From the IMG/VR virus record IMGVR_UViG_3300033067_000375, positions 1-25,886 of that record: 25,886 bases of DNA. The stretch is one strand, 5' to 3'. Position numbers and translations under genes: made by a program. Below are positions 25,645 through 25,886 of the stretch, piece by piece (within the stretch, counting starts at the first letter, position 1; the number at the start of each line of letters is the position of its first letter). The DNA is from a virus. Its lineage: Duplodnaviria > Caudoviricetes. The notes under the pieces are model-generated. The model ran no database searches. It was not told the origin of the DNA and was given only the letters and a program-made list of their open reading frames with translations.

Positions 25645-25716
25645 ATCGACACCTTGTTTGTCGGTCATGCTCCCGGCCTGTTTCCGCAGGCGCGGGAGTT
25701 CTTTTGTCCCAGTGTA
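25645..25716 (-). promoter_or_regulatory. -10 box plus two-hairpin leader of HNH2
   Basis: Minus strand: TACACT (25711-25716), CTCCCG CG CCTG CGGAAA CAGG C CGGGAG, then CGACA..TGTCG around the SD. Confidence 0.6.
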
Positions 25717-25731
25717 GATTAGGAGTACGAC

Positions 25732-25886
25732 ATGGCTGTTTATGTTCCGCCCGCGCAGGCAGCGAAAGCCTGGACCGCGGTCGGTGGGGCGGCTATCGCC
25801 ACCCTCATTCAGATTTTGCAGTTCGTGTCCCCGTTCCTGCCGGGGCAGTGGTCATGGATCGTCACCGGGATCGTTGGCATCCTGAC
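25732..25886 (+). CDS. putative holin (3' partial)
   Basis: SD AGGAG. MAVYVPPAQAAKAWTAVGGAAIATLIQILQFVSPFLPGQWSWIVTGIVGIL..., two hydrophobic segments, downstream of lysin A. Confidence 0.7.
   Translation, partial: MAVYVPPAQAAKAWTAVGGAAIATLIQILQFVSPFLPGQWSWIVTGIVGIL

Noticed and set aside
25645-25668. HNH2 start at 25668 (MTDKQGVD...)
   Set aside because: It lies within the conserved leader; alignment with HNH1 and SD position favour ATG 25644.
25026-25726. AGGAGT on both sides of HNH2 as a target-site duplication
   Set aside because: It is simply an SD-like sequence, and precise excision would remove the lysA stop codon.
1-25886. CRISPR array, tRNA, integrase/att site, reverse transcriptase or DGR template repeat
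   Set aside because: None seen by eye: no regularly spaced repeats, cloverleaf, recombinase or RT motifs, nor a near-identical ~100-nt repeat pair. A formal scan was not possible.

Overview
A contiguous, high-GC siphovirus virion and lysis module, almost certainly from a mycobacteriophage-like actinobacteriophage or prophage. The + strand carries, in order: small terminase (5' end outside the window), large terminase, portal, MuF-like/maturation protein, scaffold, HK97-type major capsid, head-tail connectors, tail terminator, major tail protein, frameshifted tail assembly chaperones, tape measure protein with two C-terminal cell-wall hydrolase motifs, minor tail proteins, a small accessory island, a small membrane gene, lysin A (M15-like peptidase + GH19 + C-terminal domain) and the start of a holin. 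Two related HNH endonuclease genes on the - strand bracket lysin A. The most notable signals are: (1) a 179-aa mini-intein with a Cys/His-rich linker inside a minor tail protein; (2) a covarying two-hairpin leader plus -10 box shared by both HNH genes, with the first cassette apparently inserted at a duplicated GTGA stop/start overlap; (3) five head/tail proteins that all end in Gly-Ser using different codons, a candidate virion O-glycosylation tag; (4) a 14-bp hairpin whose loop is complementary to a CAGCCCAACC motif found on both sides of the major tail gene; (5) a tail chaperone frameshift that must be +1 (or -2), not the usual -1. All calls come from reading motifs and synteny by eye; no database searches were run.
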